A stretch of 63,935 nucleotides of DNA, counting the filler, from Reclinomonas americana ATCC 50394 (lineage: Eukaryota), in assembly GCA_048213135.1 (NCBI GenBank). It is 4 parts of 2 records of this genome, joined end to end, with 100 filler letters (N's around TTAATTAATTAA, not from the genome) between each part and the next. Parts side by side here need not be neighbours in the genome. Positions count along the whole stretch, not along the records: positions 44,804 to 54,290 come from PS015024.1; positions 54,391 to 63,935 come from PS015024.1; 2 more parts are not named here. The stretch is one strand, 5' to 3'. Shown here in pieces: positions 48,001 to 60,909 of the stretch. The notes beneath the pieces are model-generated. The model ran no database searches. It saw only the letters and a list, made by a program, of their open reading frames with translations, and was not told the DNA's origin. A program made the position numbers and the translations under genes. The number at the start of each line of letters is the position of its first letter. The stretch's first letter is position 1.

Positions 48001-49631
48001 GGATGCGACTGTTGCGTGCACGTACATTCATGCACGCACTAGTTGATATTACGTCCTCACTCTCCGTCCGTCGTCGGCAGTCGGTCCTGTCGCTGCATCT
48101 GGTAGAGGGCATGGACGAACGACCTTGGAGACTCGAATCGCTGAGTGTGGCAGGTCGAGCCTCTGTGGATCTCGATCTCCTTTCCGCATTTGTGTGCTAT
48201 CCACGCGTCGCCGGTAGCCTTCGCTCCCTAGACATTAGCCAAACGAATGCAACGTGAGTCGTCGACTCGTCGCCGCACTCCGTGTCTATCGCAGCTGACT
48301 GAACGTGGTTTGTGCAGCACTCGCCTTGTCGAAGAAGTGGTACAACAGTGCCGTCTGCTGCAACGACTTGCTGCACGCGAGTGCAAGAGCCTCCGATCGT
48401 TGCGTATCGCCACTTTGCTTTCACTCCCTCCTTCTAGACCTCTGACGTCTGCAAGCGCAGACTACAGCTGTTCTCGGACGGCTTGCAGGAGCTGAATGTG
48501 TCTGGATGTTCCCAACTCGTGGAAGTGAATGTCGGGGGCATGTCATTCCAGCGCCTCCTAGCCAGCGGCTGTGCAGAGCTGGCGCACGTGGAGTTTGGTG
48601 TGGAGAACCCGTGCAGTGCACCGGATGCCGCTGTCGAGGAGTCGTTCCTGCAATCGCATCTGCCTCTGGACGATCGTGTGTGTTTGGTGCACACTGTCTC
48701 ACTGGATGACACCTTTGTGCGCGACCACACCATCCTCAACCTGCTGCTGACTTGCCCGAACCTCACGGTACGACACTGCTTCTCTCTCTCTCTCTCTCGT
48801 TCATTCTCCGTTGCTGATGCGCGACGACACAGGATCTGAGTGTAGCCTCGACACTGCACTTGCACGATGTGCTCCTCGGTCAGCTGCCACCACAGTTCCG
48901 GCGACTCGACGTGTCGTTTGCGTACAATCAGACTCCGTTGACCATGTACGACATGCACGAAGGTGAGCACTCTATGTGTTCCCGGCCGTGGTCTCCTGCA
49001 AGCACTCAAACCAAAAGGCGCAGGATTGAGAGAGCTCCGCATCAGCGGTCTCAATGTGAGTGGCAGTGAGTTGGTGGCCGTTCTCGAGTGCCTGCCGAAT
49101 TTGCACACACTGTGTGCGTCCATGTGCGAGTCTATCGAGTCGGTGCGATATACCCGTGCTCCGCACTGCTGCATTGTCAGTGACTTGCTGATCCTCCCGC
49201 TTCTGTTGCCACACAGATCGAGGTGGAGGAGGCGCACCACTCGCTTCGTCGACTGGATCTGCAGAGGTGCTCTGCGTTGGAGTACATTAGCATCGAGGCA
49301 CTGGTGGCACTGGAGGTGTGTAGTCGATCCACTTTTGATGGAAACCAAGTCTCACGCTGCGGAAACACAGCTGCTGGATTTGAGACACTGCAGTGCCTTG
49401 TATCACCTCGACATTCCACCGACACTGTCGCGCATCCGTGGCATGAAACCGATGCATGGCAGCAAGCCTGAGCAGTTGCGCAGAGTAACACACTGCAATG
49501 TTAATTGTGTGCGAGTATTCACACTTGGTACAGAGGTGTGCACATTGGCGGTCACGCTGTCGAGGGTAATCGCGACTTTGATCAGTGGACTCTGTCGCTG
49601 TTTGCCACTAGGTAATGAATATAGAGAATAA
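45075..49631 (+). CDS. F-box/leucine-rich repeat protein (3' end approximate)
   Basis: LAEDVLVRVCEFCTAMDLLRGVQLTCRHWR F-box, then many LxxLxLxxC repeats over many exons. Confidence 0.75.
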
Positions 49632-49716
49632 ATACGTATAGCGTCTGTATACGTGTGTGTGTCGACAGCTGGTCAACAATATGTGTATTCCTAGTAATGA
49701 TTACAAAACGCAAAGC

Positions 49717-52663
49717 CTACGTGTTGATACCGCTCAGCAGCGGCACCGTTTCTTGCGTCTCCACGCGGTCACCAACGGTCTCGGCGAGCGCCCGACCTCG
49801 TGTCTCTGGCAGGAACAATGCCACGCAGCCGGCCAGGCCGAAGGCAACCGCGTACACTGTCAACGGGAGGGCCACTGCAATCAAAAACGGCACGGTGAGC
49901 TGATGGAGGAGCACGTTGCACGTACAACACGCACCGCCACCGTCGGAGCCGAGAAGGCCCGAACTTATGAATGGTGCAATGATGCCGGCGGTGCGGTTAA
50001 AGGTGCTGCACACGCCGACACCAGTCGTGCGAATCCTGCAGTGCGATGCTGTCAGTGGACGAAGCAGGAGGAGTGAACAGAGAGAGGCACGAAACTGCGT
50101 CGGATACAGCTCTGGAATGACCAAGGCAACACAGTAGTGTGTCAGCAGTCGAGGCACATCGTCTGGAGGGAGGAAGGGAAGAGGAGAACGCACCTGGTGT
50201 GATGGTGTACTGCGAGACAAACAACATGATCACAAAATGAGCTCAGAAATGGTGTTGAGAGACACTCTGTCGTTCACCAACCTGCGCAGCGTAGGCCGCC
50301 AGCGAAAAGAATGACATGAGAATGCTAAAGACGAGCATCTGCGAGAAGAACAGCATGAGTGTCGTGTGGATGTGGGGAATAATTGCGAGAGAGTTTCAAC
50401 TCACCAGCGTTCCCGAGCTGGTCAGCACAAACATGTAGATCGCGACTCCGCTGATGAGCAGCGACACGGCTTGCGTGTATTTGCGACCGAGCGGAGTCTC
50501 GATGAGGTACGTGGCAATGAGGATGCCAGGCACACCGCCCAGCTGCATAAAGAATGTGTTGCGGTAGACGTCTTGCTGTGGGATGCCCTTGCGCTCGAAG
50601 AAATCCGGCAGGAACACACTGAAACCGCCGTAGCCGAGCGAGGTGCAGAACCATATCTGTGAGAAGACGAAAGAAGACCTTCTGTGAGCTGCGTGCACAC
50701 AGGGAGAGGAATGATTCTCACCAGCCCGACGACACGCACCAAAATCAAGCAAATGGACTGGAACAGCAGCGGAGGTCGGAACACGTAGGCCAGAGGCGTC
50801 CGGAGGAAGCGCTCACATGCTGTCCGCTGTGATGCAACAACCAACGCGGGTCTGACCAGCAGCTCTGGTAAGGTGGAGTTCGCGGAGCCGGCAGACGTCG
50901 CCACTGTGGGTCCCTGCTTGGCCTCCACATCGGCCGGTAGAATGAGCTCAAAATCCGACAGCGCCTTCCCGTTGTAGCCGGCCACTCGCTGCAACACTCG
51001 CTTCGCGTCGTCGACGCGACCTTGAGTGATGAGGAAACGCGGCGACTCGGGCACCACTGCGCGTGGCGGTGTCAGGGCGCTGAAAGAGAAAAATCGGCTT
51101 CAATAAGCACGCGTACCACTTCGCGCGAAGAAGAAGCAGGCATTGCAGATGGCCAGAATGCCCTGTAGCCATCGCCAGCCCCACACGCCAAAGGGGTCTC
51201 GGGGAATGATGATCCATGCGAGGCCTGTGAGAGAGTCCGGAAGAGGAGAAGAGAACGAAGAGAGTGAACGTGAGGGGGGAGAGAGAGAGGAGAAGAAGAG
51301 GGAAGAGTGAATGTGAGGGAGAATGCAGCTGCAGCACAGTGGCTCAGCTGACGATGCGATGAGAAAAAGAGAAGAGGAAGCAGTGAGGGGGAAGAGAGTG
51401 AAATGTGAGGGAGAACGCGGCACAGTGGCTGACGATGCGATGAGAACGGCAGAAAAAGAGGAGAAGAAGAGGGAAGAGTGAATGTGAGAGAATGCAGCAC
51501 AGTGGCTAACGGTACGATGAGAACAACAGGAGAGGAAGCAGTGAGGGGGAGAGGAGAAGAAGAACGGAGAGTAAACGTGAGTGAGTGCAGCTGACCAAGC
51601 GTGAGAACGGCAGAAAAACAGGAGACGAAAGAATAGATGGGAAAACTGTGCTGGGGGAACGCAGCACAGTGGCTCAGCTGACGATGCGACGAGAACAGCA
51701 GAAGAAGAGGGAGTTAGGAGGAGGAGAACGGCGAGACCGAATGCGAGGGAGTTAGGAGGAGACAACAAGGGCTCGTGCGTGTACTGACCAGCGGTAAAGA
51801 CGGCACCGACGGACCAGAAGACGGCAATGAGCGAGAGATACCAGCGCTGCTTGGTCGGCGTCAGCTCGGTAAACAGCGCCCCGTCGACGGGCAAGTTGCC
51901 GCCAACTCCGGTGCCAGTGAAGAACAGAAGCACCTGGATGAGGAGAACCGGTGGGCGGAGTGCGCGATACGAGAGAAGTAGGCGAGTCACTCCACGCACG
52001 CAGAGCACAGGCATGTTGGGCGAAAAGGCGGTGGCCAAGCCAAACACCGACGCGACAGCCAGCGTGATATTGAATGAGGGCCGTCGACCAATGCGATCAC
52101 TGCAATGCACGCAATTGGCTGGCAGCAGCACCAATGACCGCCCACGCACATGCACGCGCACCTCAGATAGCCCCACAGCGAGGCACCCACCCACAGGCCG
52201 GCGGGGAAACACATCGACGGCCACGCCTTGTTCGCCTCGGAGATGTGCTGCATGCCGCGCGAGAAATCAGTGAGTAGATGATGACGCCATGCACAGTGGA
52301 GCGTGCACACACCCATTGTTGATCAGGCCCGATGCTCATGAGAATGAAGGAGAGCGAGGAGAGCCACATGTTGTCGGCCATCCATCCCAATCCTTTTTTG
52401 AGGCAAGGGAACCGGTGATTACATTGGGTGAGGGATGGGGAGAAGAGGAGGGAAGGGAGAGGAGAGGGGAGAAGGAGAGGGGCGTACCACACACAGCCAC
52501 GAGCCAGTAGTGGAACTTGCCAAAGCCGATGGCATCGAGGACCTGATCCACGCTGAGGAGCGAAAGAGAAAGTGAGATGGGAGAGTGAGAGTGAGTGAGC
52601 AAGTCTGTGAGTGCGTGGACGAAACGTGACGGGCTTGTCGAGGATCACGTCTCTCTTTTGCAT
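49717..52663 (-). CDS. MFS transporter, SV2/SVOP-like
   Basis: DAIGFGKFH, GWMADNM, WGYLSDRIGRR, GVGGNLPVD, GWRW, PESPRFL, ELYPTQIRTTGVG, LPETRGR. Confidence 0.92.
51240..51720. repeat. Degenerate intronic tandem repeat
   Basis: Recurrent GCACAGTGGCT...GACGATGCGATGAGAA...GAAGAG units inside an MFS intron. Confidence 0.75.
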
Positions 52664-52836
52664 CTCAGTGGGAGGAGAAATCGATCATGTCCTTCAGTTG
52701 TCCTGTTCTTTTTTTCTCTTCTGTTGGCCTCTTTGCTGCTCCACTCTCACTCTCACTCCCACTCTTGCTGCTGTTGCAAGACCAAAAAAAAAAAAAAAAA
52801 AAATAATGAAAATAAAAAAAACAAAAAAGATAAGTT

Positions 52837-52917
52837 CGCGCCGGGCATGATTCGAACATGCGCGGGTTTCCCCAGTTGATTTCGAGTCAACCGCCTTGAC
52901 CACTCGGCCACCGACGC
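52837..52917 (-). tRNA. tRNA-Ser(CGA)
   Basis: 81-nt cloverleaf: GCGTCGG/CCGGCGC acceptor, GTTGA-CTCGAAA-TCAAC anticodon arm, long variable arm, GCATG-TTCGAAT-CATGC, G discriminator, downstream T-run, no encoded CCA. Confidence 0.95.
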
Positions 52918-53112
52918 CTTTCCATGTACATCGGTTGCCACCAGTGGACGGTCGCCTGCTCCTGGCCACCGACATCCTCTCGAAAGAAAAACAGCAGCAG
53001 CAACCAAGGCCTGGCCACTGATGGACCCACCTGCAGCTGCAACAACTTGCGCTACTCCGCCACCGACACCATGTCGAAGAGACAACTGCGACTACGTAAC
53101 ATGTGAATTCAC

Positions 53113-54290
53113 TCATCTGCTGCAACAACCACCCGAACCACTATCTCCGCCCGCTGCTGCCTCGCCGCCGCCGTCGGCACCGCGCAGTACGTTGGCCGAG
53201 TTCGTGCGTCGGGCGGCTGTCACAAATCGTCGAATGGTGAGAGAGAGATCCCGCAAGACGCAGCACTGGTAAAGTTCCTCCCCTCCGCAACTCCTGCCCG
53301 TGGCTATCATGCGTTTCTTGGCCGCCCGTGCCACCGTCAGGAACGCCTCGTCGACGCCTTCGCCAGTCAGTGCACTGCTCTCCGCAAACGAGGTCTGGAA
53401 CACGCGCGCCAGCTCTTCCCCGCGTGCTCGACTCACTCGCTGCGCCAGCAGCTGTCAGCACGCTGCAGACGGCACACTGTGCACCAATGACCGTACCCTC
53501 TCGCCACCCGGACAGTCCGTCTTGTTGCCGACGAGGATCACGTCGACGCCCTCGACAGCGTTTTCCCGAATGCTTTGCATCCACATCTTGACGTCTTTTC
53601 ACATCGATCAGCAACAAACGACACAACGGTACTCCATCGGCAAAGAGCACACACAACTGGAGAACGACTGCTCGCTGGTCACATCGTACACCAGCAGAAT
53701 GCCCATGGCTCCTCGAAAGTACGCTGCATCGACGACGACGACGACGACTCAGCTGCACAAAGACAAAGACACAGAAATCGCCTCCCTCACCGTGAGTCAC
53801 ACTGCGGAAGCGCTCCTGGCCTGCTGTGTCCCACACCTGCACCGAGGTATCCTTGCCATCCTGACGACGATGGACGATGAGGAACGAAATGACACATGGA
53901 CAACTGCGCTTATAGCACACACCAGATCCACTATCTTTTGTCGAAAGTCGACACTGTGTGTGCGTGAGAGAGAGAGAGAGAGGGAGACAGAGAGAGCAAG
54001 GGAAACACGGCCGACACGTGCGTGTGAGGCAGCGAGCGCGCGGATTCCTCTCTCTCTCTCATGTTCCACTTCACAGTGACTCACCCGATGGTGCTGACAA
54101 ACGAGTGTGTAAAGAGGTCCTCGGTGAAGCGCAGGAACAGACACGACTTGCCGACACCTGCTCGTTTGTTGTGTTCGGTTGTGTGTCGTGAGAAAAAAGA
54201 CAAGTCGTTCTCACACGTACACACACACACGCACAGTGAGGACGCAACCACTGTCGCCGATTAGCAGCAGCTTGATCAAGTCAACGCCGT
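53113..54290 (-). CDS. Rab GTPase (Rab8/Sec4/Rab1-related), 5' truncated
   Basis: [63 protein letters not shown], C-terminal GGCCSR. Confidence 0.92.
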
Positions 54291-54390
54291 NNNNNNNNNN
54301 NNNNNNNNNNNNNNNNNNNNNNNNNNNNNNNNNNTTAATTAATTAANNNNNNNNNNNNNNNNNNNNNNNNNNNNNNNNNNNNNNNNNNNN

Positions 54391-55376
54391 GGGGGCCGGG
54401 GCGGCGGCCGGAGCAGCAGCAGCAGCAGCACCCTTCTTGCCAGCAGCGGCCGGAGCCGGGGCAGGGGCAGCAGCAGCAGCGGCAGCGGCACCCTTCTTGC
54501 CAGAGGCGGCCGGAGCCGGGGCGGCAGCCGGAGCAGCAGCGGCGGCGGCGGCACCCTTCTTGCCTGAGGCAGCCGGAGCAGGAGCAGCGGCAGCCGGTGC
54601 AGCGGCAGCGGCACCCTTCTTGCCAGCAGCCGGGGCAGCGGGAGGGGCGGCAGCCGGTGCAGCGGCAGCAGCAGCCTTCTTACCGGCGGCGGGGGCAGGG
54701 GCAGGGGAGGAGACGGCAATAGGCGCGGCAGCACTCAGGAGGCCGCCGAACGACAAATCCGCAGTCTGATCCGCTTCCTGTGACTGCGCCACGAAAAGTG
54801 AGTACGTCGCAGTCTCCAAACGAAAAACAGAAAGGGGCGACAATCACCAACCTTGCTCTTCTTGTTGCGCTTGCTCACAGGGGCGGTGCCGGCCTGTGGA
54901 GTACCATTGATCATGGCCCAACCATCGGCGCCTTCCGTGGTGCGCGGCGGGCGCGGCGGCTGTGGTGGCGCGGCCTTGGCGGCCTGCTGTGGCTTCTCGG
55001 AGGCGCCAGCGGCATCGTCTCGTCGCGGTTGGCGAGAAGGCCGTGCGTCGCCATTCTCGGCGGCTCCTTGCTCTCGCGTCTGCTGCTGTTGAACCAAACG
55101 TGCCTTGTTGACCAGCTCCAGAGTCTTGGCCGACAGACCCATGTCGGCATTGTCACGAGCGCGGGCCGGTGACACGCTCGGCGCGGCGGCAGCTGCAGCG
55201 GGCGCAGCGGCAGGGGCGGCGACGCCCGACGCCGAGCCATTGTCGGCCGGCGCCTGCACCGACACAAAGGGCACGCGGGCGGCGGCGGCGCGCAGCGCCT
55301 CCTTCTCGGCCAGCACCTGCGAGTAGCTCTTGAAACCCTTTCGCAGATTCCACGCATCCGAGGTGGTGCTGGTTGG
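54391..55376 (-). CDS. Fragment of Ala/Pro/Lys low-complexity repeat protein
   Basis: At least five GKK(G)AAAAAA-PAAAPAP repeats; both ends in gaps. Confidence 0.6.
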
Positions 55377-55867
55377 NNNNNNNNNNNNNNNNNNNNNNNN
55401 NNNNNNNNNNNNNNNNNNNNNNNNNNNNNNNNNNNNNNNNNNNNNNNNNNNNNNNNNNNNNNNNNNNNNNNNNNNNNNNNNNNNNNNNNNNNNNNNNNNN
55501 NNNNNNNNNNNNNNNNNNNNNNNNNNNNNNNNNNNNNNNNNNNNNNNNNNNNNNNNNNNNNNNNNNNNNNNNNNNNNNNNNNNNNNNNNNNNNNNNNNNN
55601 NNNNNNNNNNNNNNNNNNNNNNNNNNNNNNNNNNNNNNNNNNNNNNNNNNNNNNNNNNNNNNNNNNNNNNNNNNNNNNNNNNNNNNNNNNNNNNNNNNNN
55701 NNNNNNNNNNNNNNNNNNNNNNNNNNNNNNNNNNNNNNNNNNNNNNNNNNNNNNNNNNNNNNNNNNNNNNNNNNNNNNNGGAGAGGGTCAAGGAGAGAGT
55801 GTGAGAGAGAAGCCAAGAAGCGACGGGACGGCACAAGTCCTTCCTCAATACTTCCGACGCAAACGCC

Positions 55868-56855
55868 ATGCTCTTCCTCATTGGTCTCGGTCTCGGCGAT
55901 GTCAAGGACATTACGCTGCGTGGTCTCGAGCTGGTGAAGCGCAGCGAGAAGGTGTACCTGGAGATGTACACGGCCATTCTCATGTGCGACGCCCAGACAC
56001 TGGTTGCATTCCTCTCCCTCTCTCACACTCCCTCTCTCTCTGCATCCACTCACTCATCTCCATCAGAGTGAGTTCTACGGCAAGACAGTGCAGGTGGCCG
56101 ATCGCGAGTTTGTCGAGTCAGGCTGCGAGGCCATGCTGGAGGAGGCGCGGCACATTGATGTGGCCTTTCTGGTGGTGGGCGATCCATTCGCGGCCACCAC
56201 ACACTCCGACCTGTTCCTGCGTGCGCGTCAGATGGGCACACAGGTGCAGGTGGTGCACAATGCCTCCATCATGACGGCAATCGGGGCCACGGGACTGCAG
56301 ATGTATCGCTTTGGGCAGACGGTGACAGTCGTGTTCTTCACGGAGGAGTGGCGACCCGAGTCGTTCTATGACCGCATTGCGGAGAATCGGCGCATGAACC
56401 TGCACACGCTGTGCTTGCTGGGTGAGCGATCAAGAGCGAGCGAGTGAGTGAGTTGAGCTGCTGAATAGCGTGACGATTGCGCAGATCTCAAGGTCAAGGA
56501 GCAGAGCATTGAGAACTTGCTGAAGGGCCGCAAGATCTACGAGCCGCCACGGTACATGACGGTGAACCAGGCGGTGGAGGAGCTGCTGGAGGTGGAGGGC
56601 AAGCGCGGTGAGTCGGTGTGCACGGCGTCGACGCCGGCATTCGGGCTGGCTCGTGTCGGCACCGACTCGCAGCTGATTGTGAGTGGCACGTTGGGTGAGC
56701 TGCTGGAGGTCGACTTTGGCGGCCCGCTGCATTCGCTGATTGTGTGCGCCGAGTTGCACTTTATGGAGGAGGAGATGTATCAGTATTACAGACAGCCAGG
56801 CGCGCAGGCAACGGCCGCCGCCTCGGATGCTCCCGCACCGACGGCCGCGGAATGA
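55868..56855 (+). CDS. DPH5: Diphthine methyl ester synthase, 3 exons
   Basis: [89 protein letters not shown]. Confidence 0.97.
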
Positions 56856-57026
56856 TGCTTATCACCGTGCATAATGAAACCCTCTTTCCCTCGTAGAGTA
56901 CGCTGTTCTCACCCAGACCTCGTTGCCACTTTTACACTCGCGCGATAGAGGCAGGGGGATGCAGGCGAAAAAAAAAGAGAAAACATGTATGACAAAAAAG
57001 ACAGGAGAATTACATGATCATCACTA

Positions 57027-59720
57027 CTACATGTCGAGCTTGACAGATGGGCGCGCCTTTGCTTGCGGTGCCCATGCGCGCTCGAGAATGGCTTCGAACT
57101 CGCCGTCCGTGTCCACACTCGCACTAATGTTGGCAAAGTATTTCTCGAATTCTGTGATGGAGAACGCGCGATGAGAACAGACTGGACAGGAAAAGAACAT
57201 GGGAGGAGACCACGAACCGGGCAAGTGGATTTCTCCGTCGCACTCGTCGTCGTACGTCTCGATGAAATGCCGCGCCACCTCGTCGGCCGATGCCGATCCC
57301 TGCAACAGAAGTTAGTCGCAATCCTTTGTGTTTCACACGACGACGACGAGTGGACGCACCGAAGGGCGGAACTTGTCGCGCAGATCATTGATATCGAGCA
57401 CACCGCTGCCGTCCACGTCGAGTCGGGCAAACATGCGCTGCACTGCGGCGCGCCGCCTGTCGTTCATCTCGCCGCGTAGGACGTGAATGAATTCGTCGTA
57501 CCTGCCATGCATGCATGCGTAGAAATGAGTGGCGGAGTGTTACAAATAGTCATGTTGTTCGACACCACGCAACGAGATGCCACCCGAGCTGTCGGCGTCG
57601 AAGAAGTTCAGCATCTGCTTGAACTCGTCGTCCTTCAGGTCGAGTCCGAAGCGATACAATGCAATCTTGAACTCGTCGGCATCGATCTGGCCGCTCTTGT
57701 CCGAGTCCTGAATGCGGAAGTTGCGACCGAGCTGCGCGATGCCTGTGGCGCGCGCGCGCTTGGGGTAAGCTACGAACACGACGCTGTTCCGCAGAGGAGA
57801 TTGACGCAACTCGTAACACCTCGGTCGGACAGCTTCTGGCGGAGCGCCATGATAATCTCGCTCAGCGTCATCGATGCGCGGTTGAGGTTTGGCTTTTGTC
57901 GGTACGACACCGACGCCGCCGCCTTGGCGCGTTGTCGCTGCAGCGCGGGGTCACGCTTGTCGCGGAATGCACTCTGAATCATCGCCACAAAGTAATCGTC
58001 GTCGTCGATCGAGGCCGACACCGAGGCGTAGTAGCGCTCGAATTCTGCGCAGGTGGTTTGAGATGACGGAAAGATGACCGCATTCAACAGAGGTGACTCA
58101 CCCTCGGGATACACACGCCCGTCCTTCAGGCCGCCGTCGAACGAGTTGAGGAACTCGGCGAGAATCTGCTCCTCGGTCTTGATGCCACCGACCACACTCG
58201 GGTGACGGCTGGCGTTGTAGAGTCCCTTCAGGTCGTCGACCTCCACCACACCGTTGCCGTTCGTGTCGAGCTGCTGGAAGGCCTGACGAATCGCCTCGCG
58301 ACGAATCGGGCTCAAGTCGCCACGCAGACCAGTGAGGAACTCGTCGTATGACAGCGTGCCATCGCCGTCCACGTCGAACTCGCGCATCAGCAAGTCAAAC
58401 TCGCGGCTGCTCAGCTCCAGACCCACTTCGCGGAACGCTTTCAGGATCTCCTCCGGATCGAGCTTCCCCGAGTTGTCATCGTCCATGATGCGGAAGCGCT
58501 TGCCGAGAGCAGCAATGCCCGTGACACCGCGACCCTTGAGCACCGCACGAATCTTGTTGAGCAGCTCCTGCGAGGTGCGTGCCGGACCCGCCAGGCCATT
58601 CACGCGTGCCGTGGTGCCACTCATTGTTCCGCTCTGCACGCAGCGATGAGTGTGACAAACAAGGGGAGAAAAATGCGGCGCAATAAGTGAGACCTTGATG
58701 GTGGCCACCAACTGCGGAGCGAGTGCAGAGCCCTGAGACTTGACACGGGATGATTCGGCCATCGCTGCGCGAGTAAAGACTGTCGACTGCGAATACGGCT
58801 TGGGTTCGGCACCGTCGGACTGTGGCGCATTAAGTGAGCAACCTCGAAACATGCCATCATCTCCCCCTTTTTTTTCAACACACAGTACCATGCCAGGCGG
58901 CGCGAAATCGGTGGGCTTGGTGATGACCTCGGTGGCCAGCTGCACTTGCCCCTCGGCAGCCAACGCCGTCTTCAGTCCACGCTCACGACGCACCGACGCC
59001 AGCACACTCGGCGGCAGATTGCGCGGCTTGTACGAGATCTTCAGGTCGCCCGAATCGAGGAAGCCAAGTGCCGAACCGGCCGGCGGCTTCTGCGGGAGGA
59101 CATTCGAGTAAAAGATGGCATTCATCGTCAGCCCGCTCGCATCGATTCCCGAGTCGGCCGAGTCCACCGGCGGCGACACCGACTTGCCAGTGCCCGTCAG
59201 CGGCGACTGTGTCACCTTGAAGCTGGAACGCGCCAGAGATCCAGCCTGCCACGCAACAACAACAACAACCAGGTGTCAGAGAAAAACGGGAAACAACATG
59301 CCGAACAATCAATCAGCTACACACAGCGCACCGTATCGTCCTCCTCGGCCTTGGCACGCTGATAGGAGACACCGACGGTCTCCAGCTTTCGTGGCACATG
59401 CCCCGAGTACCCAGGCACATACGCTCCCGATCGCTGCAACGCCTGCTCTCTCTGTGCGTGAGTGACCTGCGGGCTGGCTCCCCAGCTACACGCACGTGCT
59501 CAGAACTCAACTGCCTCCTCCTCCGCCGACCGCGCATACGGCGCTCCATCGCCCTGTCGCGCCGCCGAATCTCGCAGCTTGGCCTCCTCCTTGTAGAACT
59601 TGGCCTCCTGCACCGGATTCACATCCCAGAAACCGTTCTCGCGCTTGCCTCGCGTCACCTCCGGGTCGCGCACAATGAAGAAATCGCGACCCGAGCCACT
59701 CGGTTGATAGCTGCCACAGT
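57027..59720 (-). CDS. Calcyphosin-like EF-hand protein with two 4-EF modules; 5' end at gap
   Basis: RGVTGIAALGKRFRIMDDDNSGKLDPEE, DVDGDGTLSYDEFL, AFQQLDTNGNG, YNASRHP, EFERYYASVSASIDDDDYF; second module RGVTSIAQLGRNFRIQD...EFEKYFANISASVD. Confidence 0.88.
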
Positions 59721-60909
59721 CACACACACGCACGCGCACACCAAGTTAGCCAACACGCACACGCACACACTGAGACTCNNNNNNNNNNNNNNNNNNNNNN
59801 NNNNNNNNNNNNNNNNNNNNNNNNNNNNNNNNNNNNNNNNNNNNNNNNNNNNNNNNNNNNNNNNNNNNNNNNNNNNNNNNNNNNNNNNNNNNNNNNNNNN
59901 NNNNNNNNNNNNNNNNNNNNNNNNNNNNNNNNNNNNNNNNNNNNNNNNNNNNNNNNNNNNNNNNNNNNNNNNNNNNNNNNNNNNNNNNNNNNNNNNNNNN
60001 NNNNNNNNNNNNNNNNNNNNNNNNNNNNNNNNNNNNNNNNNNNNNNNNNNNNNNNNNNNNNNNNNNNNNNNNNNNNNNNNNNNNNNNNNNNNNNNNNNNN
60101 NNNNNNNNNNNNNNNNNNNNNNNNNNNNNNNNNNNNNNNNNNNNNNNNNNNNNNNNNNNNNNNNNNNNNNNNNNNNNNNNNNNNNNNNNNNNNNNNNNNN
60201 NNNNNNNNNNNNNNNNNNNNNNNNNNNNNNNNNNNNNNNNNNNNNNNNNNNNNNNNNNNNNNNNNNNNNNNNNNNNNNNNNNNNNNNNNNNNNNNNNNNN
60301 NNNNNNNNNNNNNNNNNNNNNNNNNNNNNNNNNNNNNNNNNNNNNNNNNNNNNNNNNNNNNNNNNNNNNNNNNNNNNNNNNNNNNNNNNNNNNNNNNNNN
60401 NNNNNNNNNNNNNNNNNNNNNNNNNNNNNNNNNNNNNNNNNNNNNNNNNNNNNNNNNNNNNNNNNNNNNNNNNNNNNNNNNNNNNNNNNNNNNNNNNNNN
60501 NNNNNNNNNNNNNNNNNNNNNNNNNNNNNNNNNNNNNNNNNNNNNNNNNNNNNNNNNNNNNNNNNNNNNNNNNNNNNNNNNNNNNNNNNNNNNNNNNNNN
60601 NNNNNNNNNNNNNNNNNNNNNNNNNNNNNNNNNNNNNNNNNAGAGAGAGAGAGAGAGAGAGAGAGAGTGCAAGGGTGATATTTATCAATGGTACAACAGC
60701 CGTGAAAGTGAAAGTAGACGAAGACAGAGGAAGAGAGAGGCAGAGAGAAAGAGAAGAGGAGGGTGATATTTGCCGATGAAACAGTGGTACACACATCGTG
60801 TAAGTGATACACGAAGAAGAGAGAGAAGAGAGCGAGAGAGAGAGAAGATGACAAGGCGAGGCGGTACAAGCAGAAGAGCGGAGTGAAAGACAAGAGAGGA
60901 CACACGCAC

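Noticed and set aside
53217-53297. GC donor in the last Rab intron
   Set aside because: A same-phase GT donor (GTTGCG, 53291) is available, and the region is also open if unspliced.
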